Of a stretch of DNA of 64,000 nucleotides, positions 38,110 through 51,339 are shown in pieces. Each line of letters opens with the position of its first letter. Position 1 is the first letter of the stretch. The position numbers and the translations under genes are program-made. Where the stretch lies: the NCBI RefSeq assembly GCF_006345805.1, contig NC_043000.1:78988001-79052000 (forward strand), given 5' to 3'. The notes under the pieces were generated by a model that saw only the letters and a program-made list of their open reading frames with translations, had not been told where the DNA came from and did not search any database. The DNA is from Octopus sinensis. Its lineage: Eukaryota.

Positions 38110-38113
<4 letters not shown>
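37589..38113. mobile_element. Foldback element with ~200-250-bp inverted arms next to (TA)n; related sequence at ~15295-15450
   Basis: 37589-37836 is inverted at ~37908-38113. The left arm has an expanded (AAT)n. Confidence 0.8.
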
Positions 38114-38149
<36 letters not shown>

Positions 38150-38150
<1 letters not shown>

Positions 38151-40305
38151 TGAGAAAGTTGGTGTGTGAAAGCACGTGGCTGGATGTATAAAAAATAGAA
38201 AAGAGTGAAAAAACTACAGAAGGCTTGTTTTATAAGGTTTATAACATTCGATAAATGTTATAAAATTTTGTGAATAGTATCATAGTTTTTTGAGAAATAA
38301 CCGGTTTCGTGTAAACTTTTCAAATTTCTCAAATGTCTTTACCTACATCGTGTCATGTCTTCGTTATGAAGTGCAAAGGAGAGTTCCAGGCAGAGGGAGG
38401 TAATAAGGGATTTCTTCCGGTATAAGGGAGATAATCGCTTTATATTTCTTTTCCCCTTTTTTAATGAGATGGGTTTCTCTGTATAAGAATGTTAGGATGG
38501 TTAAGTTCAGGCTTATATTTTTCAATGAAGAATGTTTCCTTGTTTAATCTAATTTGTGTTGGTGTTCCAATAGCACATTGATAGAATGGAAAGATTAAAA
38601 ATTGTGGTAGTAGTTGCTTTGCGCATTTCTCAATATGCTCACTAAAGGGTATCATTCTGTATTCTGGGAATGCAATCTGTTGTCGATGCAGAGTGCATCT
38701 GCGTCTGAGTGATAATCCCGTGGACCCTACGTACTTTTGGTGGCAGCCCAAGCATCTTATGACATAAATTATGTTTTCAGAAGCACAAGTAAAATTAGAT
38801 CTGATCTTGAATTTTTGTCCCTCTTTGAAAAGGAATTCTGATCCTTCTAGAATGTTTGGGCATGTTGCGCAGTGGTCTACCACATTTGGTCTACTTTTGC
38901 ATCCATAATTTCAGAAAACAATTTTGCCTTTGTGAGAATCTTTTTGAGTGATTTAGGTTGTTTGTAGCTTTTAATGATTTTATGTATGTTTAGAATTTCC
39001 TTTAGTTTGGGGTCCTTATGAAGTACTGGTAAATTCTGGGTGATGATGGTGAAGGCTTCTTTGTTTCTGGGGTTGTATGTGGATATGGAAGGCGGTATTT
39101 TCGGGGAAGGTGTGTTGTGTTGAACTTTTCTCAAAGTTTCTATGTTGATTTCTGTTGCACGTCTGATCCCATCCCCTATGAGTTGAACTGTGTAGTGTCT
39201 GTCAATTAGGGTGTTTTTGAGTTCTTGTACTCTAAAGTTCCTGGTATTTTGTTCTGACACTATTGCAAGGTTGAAAGGGATGTTTGTATTAGTGTGTCTT
39301 CGGTGGCATGAATCAAAAAGTAGGTATTGTTTGGCGTCTGTGGCTTTGTAAAATATGTCTGTTTCTATTTTTAGGTTAATTTTTTAAATCAGTATATCTA
39401 AGAATGGAAGCTCCTTTTGGTTGTACTCCTTTGTGAACTGTATATTTGGGTGGACGCTGTTCAATAGGTTTTTGAATTTTAAGAGTTTATCTGTGTTTTC
39501 GTTCCAGAGTTTAAAACAGTCGTCCAGGAATCTTTTCCAATTCTCTTTTATGTATTGAGAAAGGGGGTTTCCAAAGGTCGATAAAGATTCCTGGTATATA
39601 ATTATTTCCAGGTAGCCCATTGTTAGGTTCGCAATGACTGGTGCTGCCATTGTACCCATAGCAATTCCGGATTTTTGACGGTAAAACGTATTGTCAAACA
39701 TGAAGTGGTTATTTTGTAGAATGAATTCAACCGATTTAGTAATGAATTCTTTACTGATCCTTTTTGGTATTTCTTCCGGAAATTGGTCCAGCCAGAACTG
39801 TATTGCCTCTAGTCCATAATTATGAGGTATACTGGTACATAAATTAACTACATCAAATGAAACCATGATTGATTCTTCCTTGACTTTTTTTGGAAGGTGG
39901 TTTAACACATGCAAGTCATCTCTGATATGACTATCGATGTGTTTAAGGAAGGGTTTCAGGAGGATGTTCATAAATAGACTTAATCTGTGTGTTTCACAGT
40001 CTGGGCCAGCTACAATGGGTCTTAGTTTTAGGTCCCCCGGGTTAGGTGTGTGTATGTATGTCTTTAGTGATTTTTTAATGGTTTCATTTATAATTTGGAT
40101 TTTGTGTATTTTTGGCAGACCATAAAAGAGGTCAGGTTTGCATTTAAAGTTTGTTAGAAAGTCAATCTCTTTGGTTGTCAGTTCCTTTCCATGAGTTTGT
40201 TTCTTTATTTCACTATGCATCTCCTCGTCGATGATTTTATATTTTCCCTCAACCTTATAAAACAAGCCTTCAGTAGTTTTTTCACTCTTTTCTATTTTAT
40301 ATATA
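38150..40305 (-). mobile_element. 5'-truncated Penelope-like element (RT plus GIY-YIG) with inverted terminal piece
   Basis: ORFs 39384-40265 (FYGLPKIHK, LRPIV, SFDVVNLCTSIP, GIAMG, RFLDD), 38877-39260 and 38461-38883 (NIIYVIRC..C.QKYVGST). 40250-40305 is an inverted copy of 38190-38245. A decayed hammerhead-like motif lies at 38289-38333. Confidence 0.92.
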
Positions 40306-40810
40306 TATATTGTTGTATTTCTGAATGGTCATTTTGCCAGTTTAGCCAATAAAAACACACGCACTATATAGTTGGTGTTACTTTGCTTCAGTGTTCCTTA
40401 TTTTTTACATTAATCTTAATCTTATTTCGGCCAGAGTTCTTTCGTCACACTCCTGTGACCGCATCAGTGGTCCTTTGTTTTCTTGTTTCTTATTTGTGTG
40501 TCTCTCCTTACTAACCGTCAGTCATTTTGTATTTCTATTGTATGTGTCTTCATTTGCACATGCGTATATCTCTATGTGCGTCTATGTTTAGTTAGTATGT
40601 GTGGGGGGGAATGCCTGTAATATTTGTATCTTCTTTTTATATACCTTCGTGTAATTTGTTTTTGTTTTCGTTTATTCCTATTTTTTTATTTTGTTCATGT
40701 TTACATCCACTTATTATTATTATCATTACTATTATTATTACGTATGCTTGTATGTTTGTATGTACGTATAACAACAATACTAGTAATAACAATAATAATA
40801 ATAAAATATT
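40305..40810. repeat. Dispersed repeat, inverted copy at 49900-50440
   Basis: Shared CCACTGATGCGGTCACAGGAGTGTGA...GGCCGAAATAAG and flanking sequence. Confidence 0.75.
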
Positions 40811-41016
40811 TTAAAAAATTTTTACTTAAAAAATTTTTTTAAAAATTAAAAATTTTTTAAAATAAAAATTTTTTTTAAAAATCATCTTTTAAATTTAAAA
40901 AAACCCCAAAAACCTATATAGTTATTTATTTCTATTTGTTTATTTATCTGTGTATTTTATTTATTATGTTTTCGGTTTCGTTTATATTGTAACCAGTTTA
41001 TGGGGATCTTCTTCTG

Positions 41017-41680
41017 TCATATGTCGAGGTGTGTGCTAGTGTTCCATTCCAGTTTCCTATTCAGGCTAGGTTTATCTTCTGTTACGTGTGTAGCTTCCGT
41101 AATTTGTCTGATTGTTGCATCTATTCTATGTGTGGACAAGATTTTAACCTCTATGTTGTTGATTGATCCCCCGTGTTCCTGCTCGGCGTGTTGGTACAGA
41201 ATCGATGAGCTCTTTCCTTCCTTAAGTTCTCTCCAATGCACATTTACCTGCTCTCCTATGCTTCGTGCCGTTTCCCCTACGTATGTCGTTGTCTTGTTAC
41301 TGCATCGTCCCTCTATACATCTTATACTATAGACTACATTTCTGGCTTTACAGTTTGTTTGTGAGTTAAATCTACACACAGTACAGTACCTATCCATACA
41401 GGGTGTTCTACTAAATGGGTAGGTACTACCGATTATAGATTTGATAGTGTTGCCTTGCTTTTCAACAACCTTAATCCTTAGCTTAAGTTTGTCTTGGGTC
41501 CTTCTAAAGCGGTACGCTAGTTCACCTCTAAGGGTGGTGTCAACGAACATGACACTCTGGTATTTATGGCTATCATACCAAGAGTTGGCCTTCCCTATTT
41601 TCTTCTTTGTCTTTTCTATAGTGTTCTATGACTTGCTCCTATAGAGTGGGCAAATCCCATTCCTATCATTACATAATATA
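41017..41680 (-). mobile_element. 3' fragment of a second PLE family (GIY-YIG)
   Basis: ORF 41017-41550: NCKARNVVYSIRC...YVGETARSIGE...H...RQITEA...KPSLNRKLEW. Confidence 0.85.
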
Positions 41681-41768
41681 TTATCAAATTTCTTTATATG
41701 TATATATATATATAAATTAAAAAGTAAAAGAGTCAAAAGAAGAGTAAGTACGGTTAGGCAGCTTTTTA

Positions 41769-41894
41769 ATCGCTACAAATGTTTCGATACATACAGATCC
41801 TCGAATATACGGGATTTAAAGTTAAGTTTAGTTTAAATTATGTAACGATTTACCTGCCTGTATAAGAAGATCTATATGTACCTCTTCAGGCGAT
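41769..41894 (-). ncRNA. Type I hammerhead ribozyme motif with 14-bp stem II and large loop
   Basis: ATCGC-CTGAAGA-GGTACATATAGATC...GATCTGTATGTATC-GAAAC-attt-GTA-GCGAT. Predicted cleavage between 41774 and 41773. Confidence 0.85.
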
Positions 41895-41937
41895 ACTCAG
41901 TTGCTGTCTCTTATATGTTGTTAACAGAACACACCTC

Positions 41938-42012
<75 letters not shown>

Positions 42013-42013
<1 letters not shown>

Positions 42014-42490
42014 TTTTGCATAATAAGATAAAAAAAAACAAGGCTGTATAGATATTAGAGCATTTATAGATAGAAGGTCTTACAGCTGATTCTATTATTA
42101 ATAACATCCCTTCATCGGAGACGGTGCGAGAGGAAAAATTAAGTCATAGTTAGTTTCGATGTGATACAAATAGAGAGTGAGGTGGAAGAAAGAAAACAGA
42201 TGTAAGATATGTATGGGTATTGAATTCGTAAATCCGTTTTATTGGCATAAAGGTATATATAAGTATATAAGCATAAAGGTATATATACATATCTTACATC
42301 TATTTTCTTTCCTCCACCTCACTCTCTATTTGTATCATATCAAAACTAAATATGGCTTAATTTTTCCTCTCACACCGTCTCCGATGAAGGGATATTATTG
42401 ATTAATATCCTAGAAACAGCTGTAAGACCTACTATCTATAAATGCTCTAATATCTATACAGCCTTGGTTGTTTATCTTATTACGCAAAAA
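42013..42490. mobile_element. Second foldback element with hammerhead-bearing inverted arms
   Basis: 42013-42214 is inverted at ~42284-42490 and abuts (TA)n. Confidence 0.8.
42377..42428 (+). ncRNA. Near-intact type I hammerhead motif (U4C variant)
   Basis: GTCT-CCGATGA-AG-GGATATTA-ttgat-TAATATCC-TA-GAAAC-agct-GTA-AGAC, with palindrome ACAGCTGT. Confidence 0.6.
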
Positions 42491-43035
42491 GATTCTTATA
42501 CACACATGCTGATATAGACACACACAAACATATACACACACAGACATATATAAGATGGGCTTCTTTCAGTTTCCGTCTACCAAATCCACTCACAAGGCTT
42601 TGGTCGGCCTGAGCTTATACTAGAAGACACTTGCACAAGGTGCCACGTAGTGGGAATGAGTCCGGAACTATGTGGTTAGTAAGCAAACTACTTTTTAAAA
42701 AAATTTTGCCATAAAGGCATGATACAGAGTAGCTTTATGGCCGGACAAAGACATTGATGAGGTGAATGATGAAAAGGTTGATATTAATGGGAGAAATTTT
42801 TCCTTCTCTAAAACATTATTCGCTTCTTTTTTCACAGAAAAAGAGAAAACAAGGTAATGAACCTCTTACTAGAGTTTTACAATTTTGGGACTAATAGTCC
42901 ATTTAAGAATTGGAGCGTTAAGCTTCTTAAACACAACAACATGCAATAAACATTAAACATTGTACAATAAACATTATAACACTGAGGCTTTTCAACCTCT
43001 TGTCACTATTCCTCCCCAACATCGCTTGTGCCCGT

Positions 43036-44150
43036 TTACTCCGCCAATCCCCACGCCTCATTCAAGACCAAGGCGGGATCAGAGCCGGCGTCGCCCGGCC
43101 ACAAGCGATATTCCTCATTGAGTCCCTGCAGTCTATACGTCACGGGTAACTTCATGACCTCCACAGCTATCTGCGGAGGCCATTCGGGATCCTGTGTGAA
43201 GGCTAAAGGTACTACCTTATGGTGCTTTTCCACCACCTCTTGTACCTCTCCGCCTCTGTAGAAGAAAACCAATAGTTCCTTTTCCTCCGGGTTCGAGGTA
43301 GTCAATTCTACCATTGGCAGCACAATTCCCCCCAATGGTGTCTATTCTCTTGCCGGTGGCACAACCCATACCTGCAAGGTTCCGGGACATTCCGGTGCTA
43401 TGTCACAGACTGCCGGTAGTGTACCGTTTCTCTTCCTCTTGGTCTTGCTTTTCTCTCAACTGAGGGAGGGTGCGTCTCCTCCATGACCGGGAGATTCGCC
43501 TCCCCTCCCTCATCCCTAGGATCCTTCGGTGAACACCCATTGTTGCTCACCTTCTTCCTCTTGTGGCCCTTGTTTTAGGACTCCTCCGTTTCCTCGGCCG
43601 TCTTCGTTCCTTCTTCTACAGAGGTCTCAATCAACTGCTCCAGGATTTTGCTTTGTTCCTGAGGAAGTTTTTCTTTATATGGTCAGACTCCAGGCACCGA
43701 TGACACCTGGGGCGGGGTGCGACCCTCAAGAAGCACCGGATAAAATATGGCATAACAAGATTCATTGCTGATTGGGTCCACTGTGTCAAAACAGCTTTTG
43801 ACCCAACCCAATCAGCTGCAGGAAGAATTTTCACGTTGATGAGCCTGGCTCCGCTGCCAACCAGACCCTGACGGAGAGTATCCTCTATCCACTGGAGTTC
43901 AATTCCGTGTGGCAAACAACAGACCCAAGCCCTCGTCAATTTTTTTCCCACAATAAGTGGGAAGAGGGCTGGTTCACAAAACTGACAACCTCCTCTGGTG
44001 TGTCAAACAGCAACCACACCGTTGCATATTTGACACCCCTACAGATATACTTAATGGTTGGAAGATGTTCCGCCAACTCCTGCTTAATCATCTGCTTGGA
44101 GTAGACGGCAATGGTGTCGGGAACCTTCGAATACGTTCTCAACACCACCG
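43036..44150 (-). mobile_element. Disrupted gag/ORF1-like coding remnant with a CCHC-like knuckle
   Basis: GC-richer block. Overlapping ORFs 43936-44148 and 43631-43951 end in RCHRCLESDHIKKN, and a further ORF lies at 43036-43335. Confidence 0.4.
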
Positions 44151-45279
44151 TCCTCTTCTCTTGCTGTCTGAACCACTCCTTAGGTAGGACAGTCTCCCAC
44201 TCTACAATCTTATCCGTATTTTGCTATGTTTTAAATTAAAAAGTAAAAAGTCCAAAACAATATTTCACAAATTTCAAAAAGAAAAGAGAGAAATCAAAAG
44301 GAAACAAAAGGGAAGAAGAGAAAAAGCAAACAGTTCAATAAGAAAGTCCCAATAGAAGAAGAAATCAACAGTTCAACAAAACACAGCAAAAAAGCTTCTG
44401 GGTATTCAGGTACTCCAAGCTTTATGGTGCTCCGAATAGAACCTGGACTGCTCCACTTGAAATACAGCTTTCCAATTATTGGTAAACGTAGTTTTAAAAA
44501 TACACTCTATTTACAAACAGCAAACAACTTTTGGTGGCAGGATTCGTCACCAAACTATACTTCTCACAATGAGAAAAAAATTTCACTTCATGAGAACACT
44601 TGAAATACAGCTTTCCAATAAATGGTAAACGTTGTTGTAAAAACACACACTATTAAAATGTGAACAACTTTTGGTTGAAGGATACGTCCCCAAACTGTAC
44701 TCTCACAATGAGAAAAAAATGTTCACTTAATGTGAACAATATTGATGAACCGCACGCAGACCAACATCCTGAATCCAGTGAAGATTCCCTGTTTGTAAAA
44801 AATAAAGCCACAGATAACAACCCCCACTGGACCCAAGAGACAAAAGTCTTACCCTGCAGCAGTTTCTTTTCGCACGCTAAACACTGCAGGCTATCTTCCT
44901 TAGTGCAAAACACAATGACACATGCGTACACTGACAACAAAGACTCGTGGGAATAAGGTTAGCAAGCTCCTTACCACACAGCAACTCCTGTGCCTAGTAA
45001 ATATAAACAACAAGGCATACAACACTATTGTACAAATCACCCTTTACTAACTAGAGACCCCAAAATTAACAACATCCTGAAAACATAAATTCATCATATG
45101 CAAAAGCAACACAAATCGCTAAAGAGACTTCTAGCAAATGTGAAGCTTTGCGCAACAACTACAAACCCAAATGTTAAGAAATGGCGTAGGAATGGCTGTG
45201 TGGTAAGTAGCTTGCTTACGAAACTTGAGTGGATTGGGTAGACGGAAACTGAAAGAAGCCCGTCGTATATATGTTTCTG

Positions 45280-45335
<56 letters not shown>

Positions 45336-46055
45336 CGTGTGCGTGTGTATGTGTGTGTGCATGTATGTATGTGTTTGTGTGTCTGTGTTTGTCCCCCCCC
45401 CAACATCGCTTGACAACCGATGCTGGTTTGTTTACATCTCTGTAACTTAGCGGTTCGGCAAAAGAGACCCATAGAATAAGTACTAGGCTTACAAAGAATA
45501 AGTCCCGGGGTCGAATTGCTCGACTAAAGGCGGTGCACTAGCATGACCACAGTCAAATGACTGAAACAAGTAAAAGAGTAAAAGCGCCCAAACGGTGGAA
45601 TATGCCCCAACCTACCTGAAGGCACGGATGTCCTTTTCAAACAAGGAGATAGGATCACGATTAAAACCAACTTCACTTGTGCCTCTGAGAACTTAATGTT
45701 TGAGATAACTTGCTCGGATTGTGGAACTCACTATATAGGACGGAGGAGTATGACATTGAGACGGAGAACCATTGTACATAAAGGGCAGATCCCGTTCCCG
45801 CAATACAAACAGATTCTTTTAAGTAAACACATATAGAGATCTGTATCAAAACAAATTTCACAGTTTTCTCCTTCTACCACTGCAAAGATATAATCTCTTC
45901 ACAAGAATATTTAAATCAGAAAATTTATTCATCGAAAAATACAGATGTCTAAATATGCACGCATAACCAACTTTGATGTCAATACATATTTTAATTCACG
46001 ATTACATACTCATCACTATACATATTTCTCCCCACAACTCTAGATTTTGCATTTT

Positions 46056-46123
<68 letters not shown>

Positions 46124-46375
46124 TTTCCACACCCTCGAAAGATTAATAATTATATTCCCTGTCCACAATAATCCTTAGATTTTCCTACTTGTCGAATCAT
46201 TCATTCATAAACTCCACATACAACATGGACAAAACAATTTTTCTTAAGAAAATACGTGTTTAAATAAATCTTAATGTCATGATTAGTGAAAGTGAAACGT
46301 GTCGACAAACACAATATGAGGTACGCTAAAAATTATATTAAAACTATGTAGTGTGTGCATTTTCCACCTTTAATT

Positions 46376-46482
<107 letters not shown>

Positions 46483-46691
46483 TTTATATATATGTATATA
46501 TTTGTATGTATGTATGTGTGAATGTATACATAAGCGTTTGCACTTAGGTCCATATGCATGTATAGGTATCCGTGTATGGGGGTATCTGTATGAATATGTG
46601 GCTTTAGTTATATACATAAATGTGGTGTATATCCGTGGACGTGTAGATACGTCTGTATGTGTAAACACACATACGCACACACGCACACACA

Positions 46692-47480
46692 TGTTGGGTT
46701 TGCAATTAAGTTTCGCCTTTTTTTAAATTTTAATTTTTAAAAGGTTTAATAAAATAGCAACTAATTAATCAATAATGTATTCATCGTTATTATTTATAGC
46801 TTCTTCCCAACGTTCAATAATATTTTCAATACCTCATTTGTAGAAATCACCCGATTTCGACTCGAAAATTTGATCCAACCAAGCTCTCAGTTCTACATCA
46901 GCATTGAACGAAATTCCGTGCATAGCATTTGAAAGAGATCTAAAGAGGTAGATATCCGTTGGTGCCAAATCAGGAGAGTACGTCGGGTGTGGCAACACTT
47001 CCCAGGCATGCGTTTGAATGGCTTCGTTGGTCATATTAGCGATATGAGGGCGGGCTCCATGCTGCCGATTAGGTCTTTTCTCTTGAATAACTGTGTTGAG
47101 TCGCTCCATCTGTTGAGCATAGAGTTCAGGCGTTGATCGTTTGGTTCCGTTGAAGCTATTTGTAATGGATAGTCCCTTCCCAGTCCCACCATACGCACAT
47201 CATCTTACGCGGATGAAGATCTCGTTTCACGCACGGTGTCTCTTGTTTACCGGGGCTAAGCCATTCCATACGCTGCTTCATATGGATGTACAGGCACCAT
47301 TTATCGTCCCCAGGAACGATTCGGTAAATAAATCGTTGCTTGTGTCCATGAGTTGAGCGGTGACGAGCAAGCAAACCAGCGGAGAATGTGGCTCGTTGAT
47401 TCTTGTTGTTGTCACTCAAAGCATGCGGAACCCATGCTCCATACTTCTGAAATTTTCCCATCGAGTGAAGATGCTTCTCT
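46692..47480 (-). mobile_element. Third mariner copy, 5' part replaced by a PLE
   Basis: WVPHAL, IVPGDDKW, YSPDLAPTDIYLF motifs. TIR TGTTGGGTTTGCAATTAAGT at 46692. Confidence 0.92.
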
Positions 47481-49760
47481 ATAGCCGTGTGGGAACATTC
47501 CATTTTCTCTTCATCATTGAAGGATATTCCAATACCCTCTAGAAAGGAAATTATTTTGAAACTTATTAATAATATTAAGGATTTTGTTTCTAGAATTAAA
47601 TGGAAAGCTTACTATTATAACTATTATATATCTAATCTTAATGATAGTATGAATGATAATTTTACCTCTAATTTTAAATCCAAAAAGGAACCTCCATTTA
47701 ATAAAGAATTACAAATACTAGAAGATAATATTTGGAAGGTTGTGAAAAATATTAACTTTCATAAATACCCAAATAGAAATAATGAATATTTAAGAAATTT
47801 AGCAATTAGAATTAAAGATATGAGAAATATGGATGGTATTATAGTACAATCTGATAAAACTAGGAATTTATATAAATTGGATGTTAAATTATATGATAAA
47901 CTTTTAGAGAAAGAAATAATTAAAAAATATAAAATTGTTCCAGATAGTAAACTTTATAATATTAATAAGGCCTCTAAATTAGTAATGATAAACTATGAAT
48001 TGGATAATAAAACTGAAACTTATGTACCTATGCACCCCAGAATAACTCTGAAGGACCATAAAGATAATTTTTATTCAGACCCTAAAGTTGGATTAATTTG
48101 TCCATGTAAATCTGACCTATTTTAGATAAATATATTAATAAATTAAATAAACTTAATTACTTAAAATTATGGTTTAATAATAATAATACTTTGAAATGGT
48201 TTAATAATATTAAAGATAAAAATCGTTATAAATTTATTCAAATAGATATAGATAATTACTATTCTTCTATTAATGAAATTGTGTTTAATAAGGCCCTTAT
48301 TTTTGCAATGAATAAAGTGGGAATGACATTTGAAGAAGTTAATGTAATTAAAATGGCTAGGAAATCGCTCATTAAATATAAAAATAAATTATGGGCTAGG
48401 AAAGATACTAGGGATTTTTTTTGATATACCTATGGGAGCACCTGATTCTGCACAAGCTACTGATTTAGTAGGTATTTACCTTTTATCTGAACTCCAATTA
48501 GAAAATTTAAAGATAGAGGGTGGTTTATATAGGGATGACCTTCTACTAATTACTAAGAATTGCACTAATAGGAACCTAGAAGTATATAAGAAAAAACTTT
48601 ATATTTTCTTTAAAAGATATGGTTTAAGTATTACTATATATAATGAGAATTCTAATGTTAATTATTTAGATGTTAATTTTAATCTAATTACAGGTAAAAA
48701 ACAACCATATCATAAAATTAATGAGAACCTTAGATATATAAATGTTAATAGTAATCACCCACCTTCAATTAAAAAATCGTTGATTAATAATATAAGTAAA
48801 CGTATATCATTACTTTCTTATGATATAGAGATTTTTAATAAACATGCTCCTTATTATAATGAGGCCCTTAGAGAGGCAGGTTATAATAGTAATATTAAAT
48901 TTTATAATAAAAATAATGATAAAGATATAACTAATAATTTTAGAGATAAAAATATTAATAATAATTATAATAATTTTGTTAATAATAGTGGTAAAAATTT
49001 TAGAAATTATAAAAATAAAAATAAAATAAATAAAAATAAGAATAAAAACAAGAATAAAAATAAAAAAAATAAAGAAATAATAATAATAAAAATAAAATTA
49101 ATAACTTTAATAATTCTTTAAATGTTGTACATACATATAAATCGGGTTGCATGGGTGGAGTGTGGAAGTGTGGGGCTGCATTGTGGGATATGTCTGTGTG
49201 TGTGTATGTATGGATGTATGTGTGTGTGTGTGTGTTTGTGTGCGTGTTTATGTGTGTTTATATGCATACACATGTATATGAGCGTGAGCATGTATATATA
49301 TTTTTTGTATTTTGAAATTAGCTATTTCATCTTTAAATATGAGAAATTAAATATATTACGTCTTCATTATATACTATAGTTTATAGAGATTTTAGATTTT
49401 GATTATAATATTTATATATTTTTTCATTGATAATTTATATATATTAGTCATTTCAAATATCTATATAAGTAGATATAGACTAAAATGGATATTAGAATAT
49501 GGATTTTCTACCTTATAAATTAAAGTTAATATTTAACATTATAGTTGATTTTGATATAATCATATTTATTAATAGAGTTTATTATAAATAGATTATTTTT
49601 TTCAGATTACGTAGATTATCTATATCTTAAAAATATTGATTATATTTTAGATTTGAAACCACCTGAAGAATGTCTACTATTCAAAGATGTGATGAAAAGA
49701 AGACATGAAACGATCGTAGTGGATATTAATAATTGTTAAATTTCTAAATTATATAACTTA
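47481..49760 (+). mobile_element. Very AT-rich Penelope-like element (YRDD-type RT), disrupted, with 3' hammerhead
   Basis: ORFs 47487-48125 (SDKTRNLY, PRITLKDHK), 48191-48424 (FIQIDIDNYYSSI) and 48432-49121 (MGAPDSA, GLYRDD). The 3' coding region decays into (AAT)-rich sequence. Confidence 0.88.
49659..49722 (+). ncRNA. Type I hammerhead ribozyme motif
   Basis: CCAC-CTGAAGA-ATGTCT...AGACAT-GAAAC-gatc-GTA-GTGG, with palindrome ACGATCGT. Predicted cleavage after 49718. Confidence 0.85.
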
Positions 49761-49825
49761 ATTTATGTATTGGATTAAGTCTTTCTTTTTTTGATTTGCA
49801 TAATTGTGGTTTTGTCTCTAATTTG

Positions 49826-49888
<63 letters not shown>

Positions 49889-50434
49889 TCGATTCAATTT
49901 ATTATTATTACTACTAGTATTGTTGTTATACATACATACATACATACAAACAAGCATATGTAATGATAATAATGGGTGGATGTAAACACATGAACAAAAT
50001 AAGAATAAACAAAAACAACAAAAACAAAAACCAAAAAAATACAAAAAAAAATACAAAATACAAAATACAAATTACATGAACGTATAAAATTACAAATTAC
50101 ATGAACACATATAAACAGAAGATAAAAATATTACAGGCATTCCCCACATACACACACTAAATAAACATAAACGCACATAGAGATATAAGCATGCGCAAAT
50201 GAAGACATACAATAGAAATACAAAATGGCTGACGGTTAGTAAGGAGAGACACAAATAAGTGAGAAGAAAACAAAAGACCACTGATGCGGTCACAGGAGTG
50301 TGAGGAAAGAACTCTGGCCGAAATAAGATTAAGAATAATGTAAAAAAATAAGTAACACTGAAGCAAAGTAACAACAAATATATAGTGCGTGTGTTTTTAT
50401 TGGCTAGACTGGCAAAATGACCATTCCGAAATAT

Positions 50435-50465
<31 letters not shown>

Positions 50466-50634
50466 CGTACGTATATACACATAGATACATACATACATAT
50501 ATACATACATTTATGTATATATATGTGTGTGTGTTGTGTGTGTGTATATAAATATAAACAAAGGGTAACAATTTTTAAAAATAAAATTTTTACAATTGGT
50601 CAGAATGCTTATTAAATGTCAGAGGAAATATATA

Positions 50635-51029
50635 TCTATATATATAAAAGTGAAGTTGTGTGAGTGTCTGTCTCCTACGAATTAGATTCCTAACTACTCC
50701 CACATTTCGCGGTGCAGTTTAACCAAAACCGGGTATCTTATAGTCATGATTCATATCGAGCCCTTCTGGGTATTAGCGCGCGTCTACGATGAGTCTACCA
50801 TTTTAAAAATAATTTACAATAATATTTTTCCATTTTAAAGCATATTTTTTTAATAAAGGGAAGTAACTCTCTAAAAATGTCTACGATGACTCAACGATTT
50901 AAAAAAAATTTAGCATAATTTTTTTTCCATTTTTAATGCATTTTTTGCTATTTTTTGGCTATAACTCTCTAAAAATGCTTTATAGTTATTTCCCTTACAA
51001 ACCCGAGCAACGCCGGGCGATACTGCTAG
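50635..51029 (+). mobile_element. Non-autonomous Helitron; empty site in the paralog at ~62800
   Basis: A|TCTATATATATAAAAG start, CCCG-agcaacgc-CGGG hairpin, CTAG|T end. Confidence 0.85.
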
Positions 51030-51339
51030 TTTCTATATAATAGAGTATAGAAATTTATACACGGAGAGAATACCACCATGTCGACTTCTAATATGCTGAA
51101 AAGTGCAGTCAAAAGCGAAACCACGTTGCGTGTAGTCGAGCAGGATATGTAAATGAATAAAAATCTCAGTTACCCCTCTACCTATGAGTTTCTGAATTAA
51201 TGACCAAACAAAACAATTAATTAGTCAATAAATTCATTTATTAACCATCCGTGGTTCACCAGTAGAGTCGCTGGGAAATGTATAATTATAAAACTATAAT
51301 TATGAAACACTTCACTTAGGCGTTCTAGATTATCTGCTG

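Noticed and set aside
40420-40480. Hammerhead-like CTGATGC-GGTCA...TGGCC-GAAA (also 50275-50325)
   Set aside because: A9 is C, and I find no stem I partner or cleavage triplet after GAAA.
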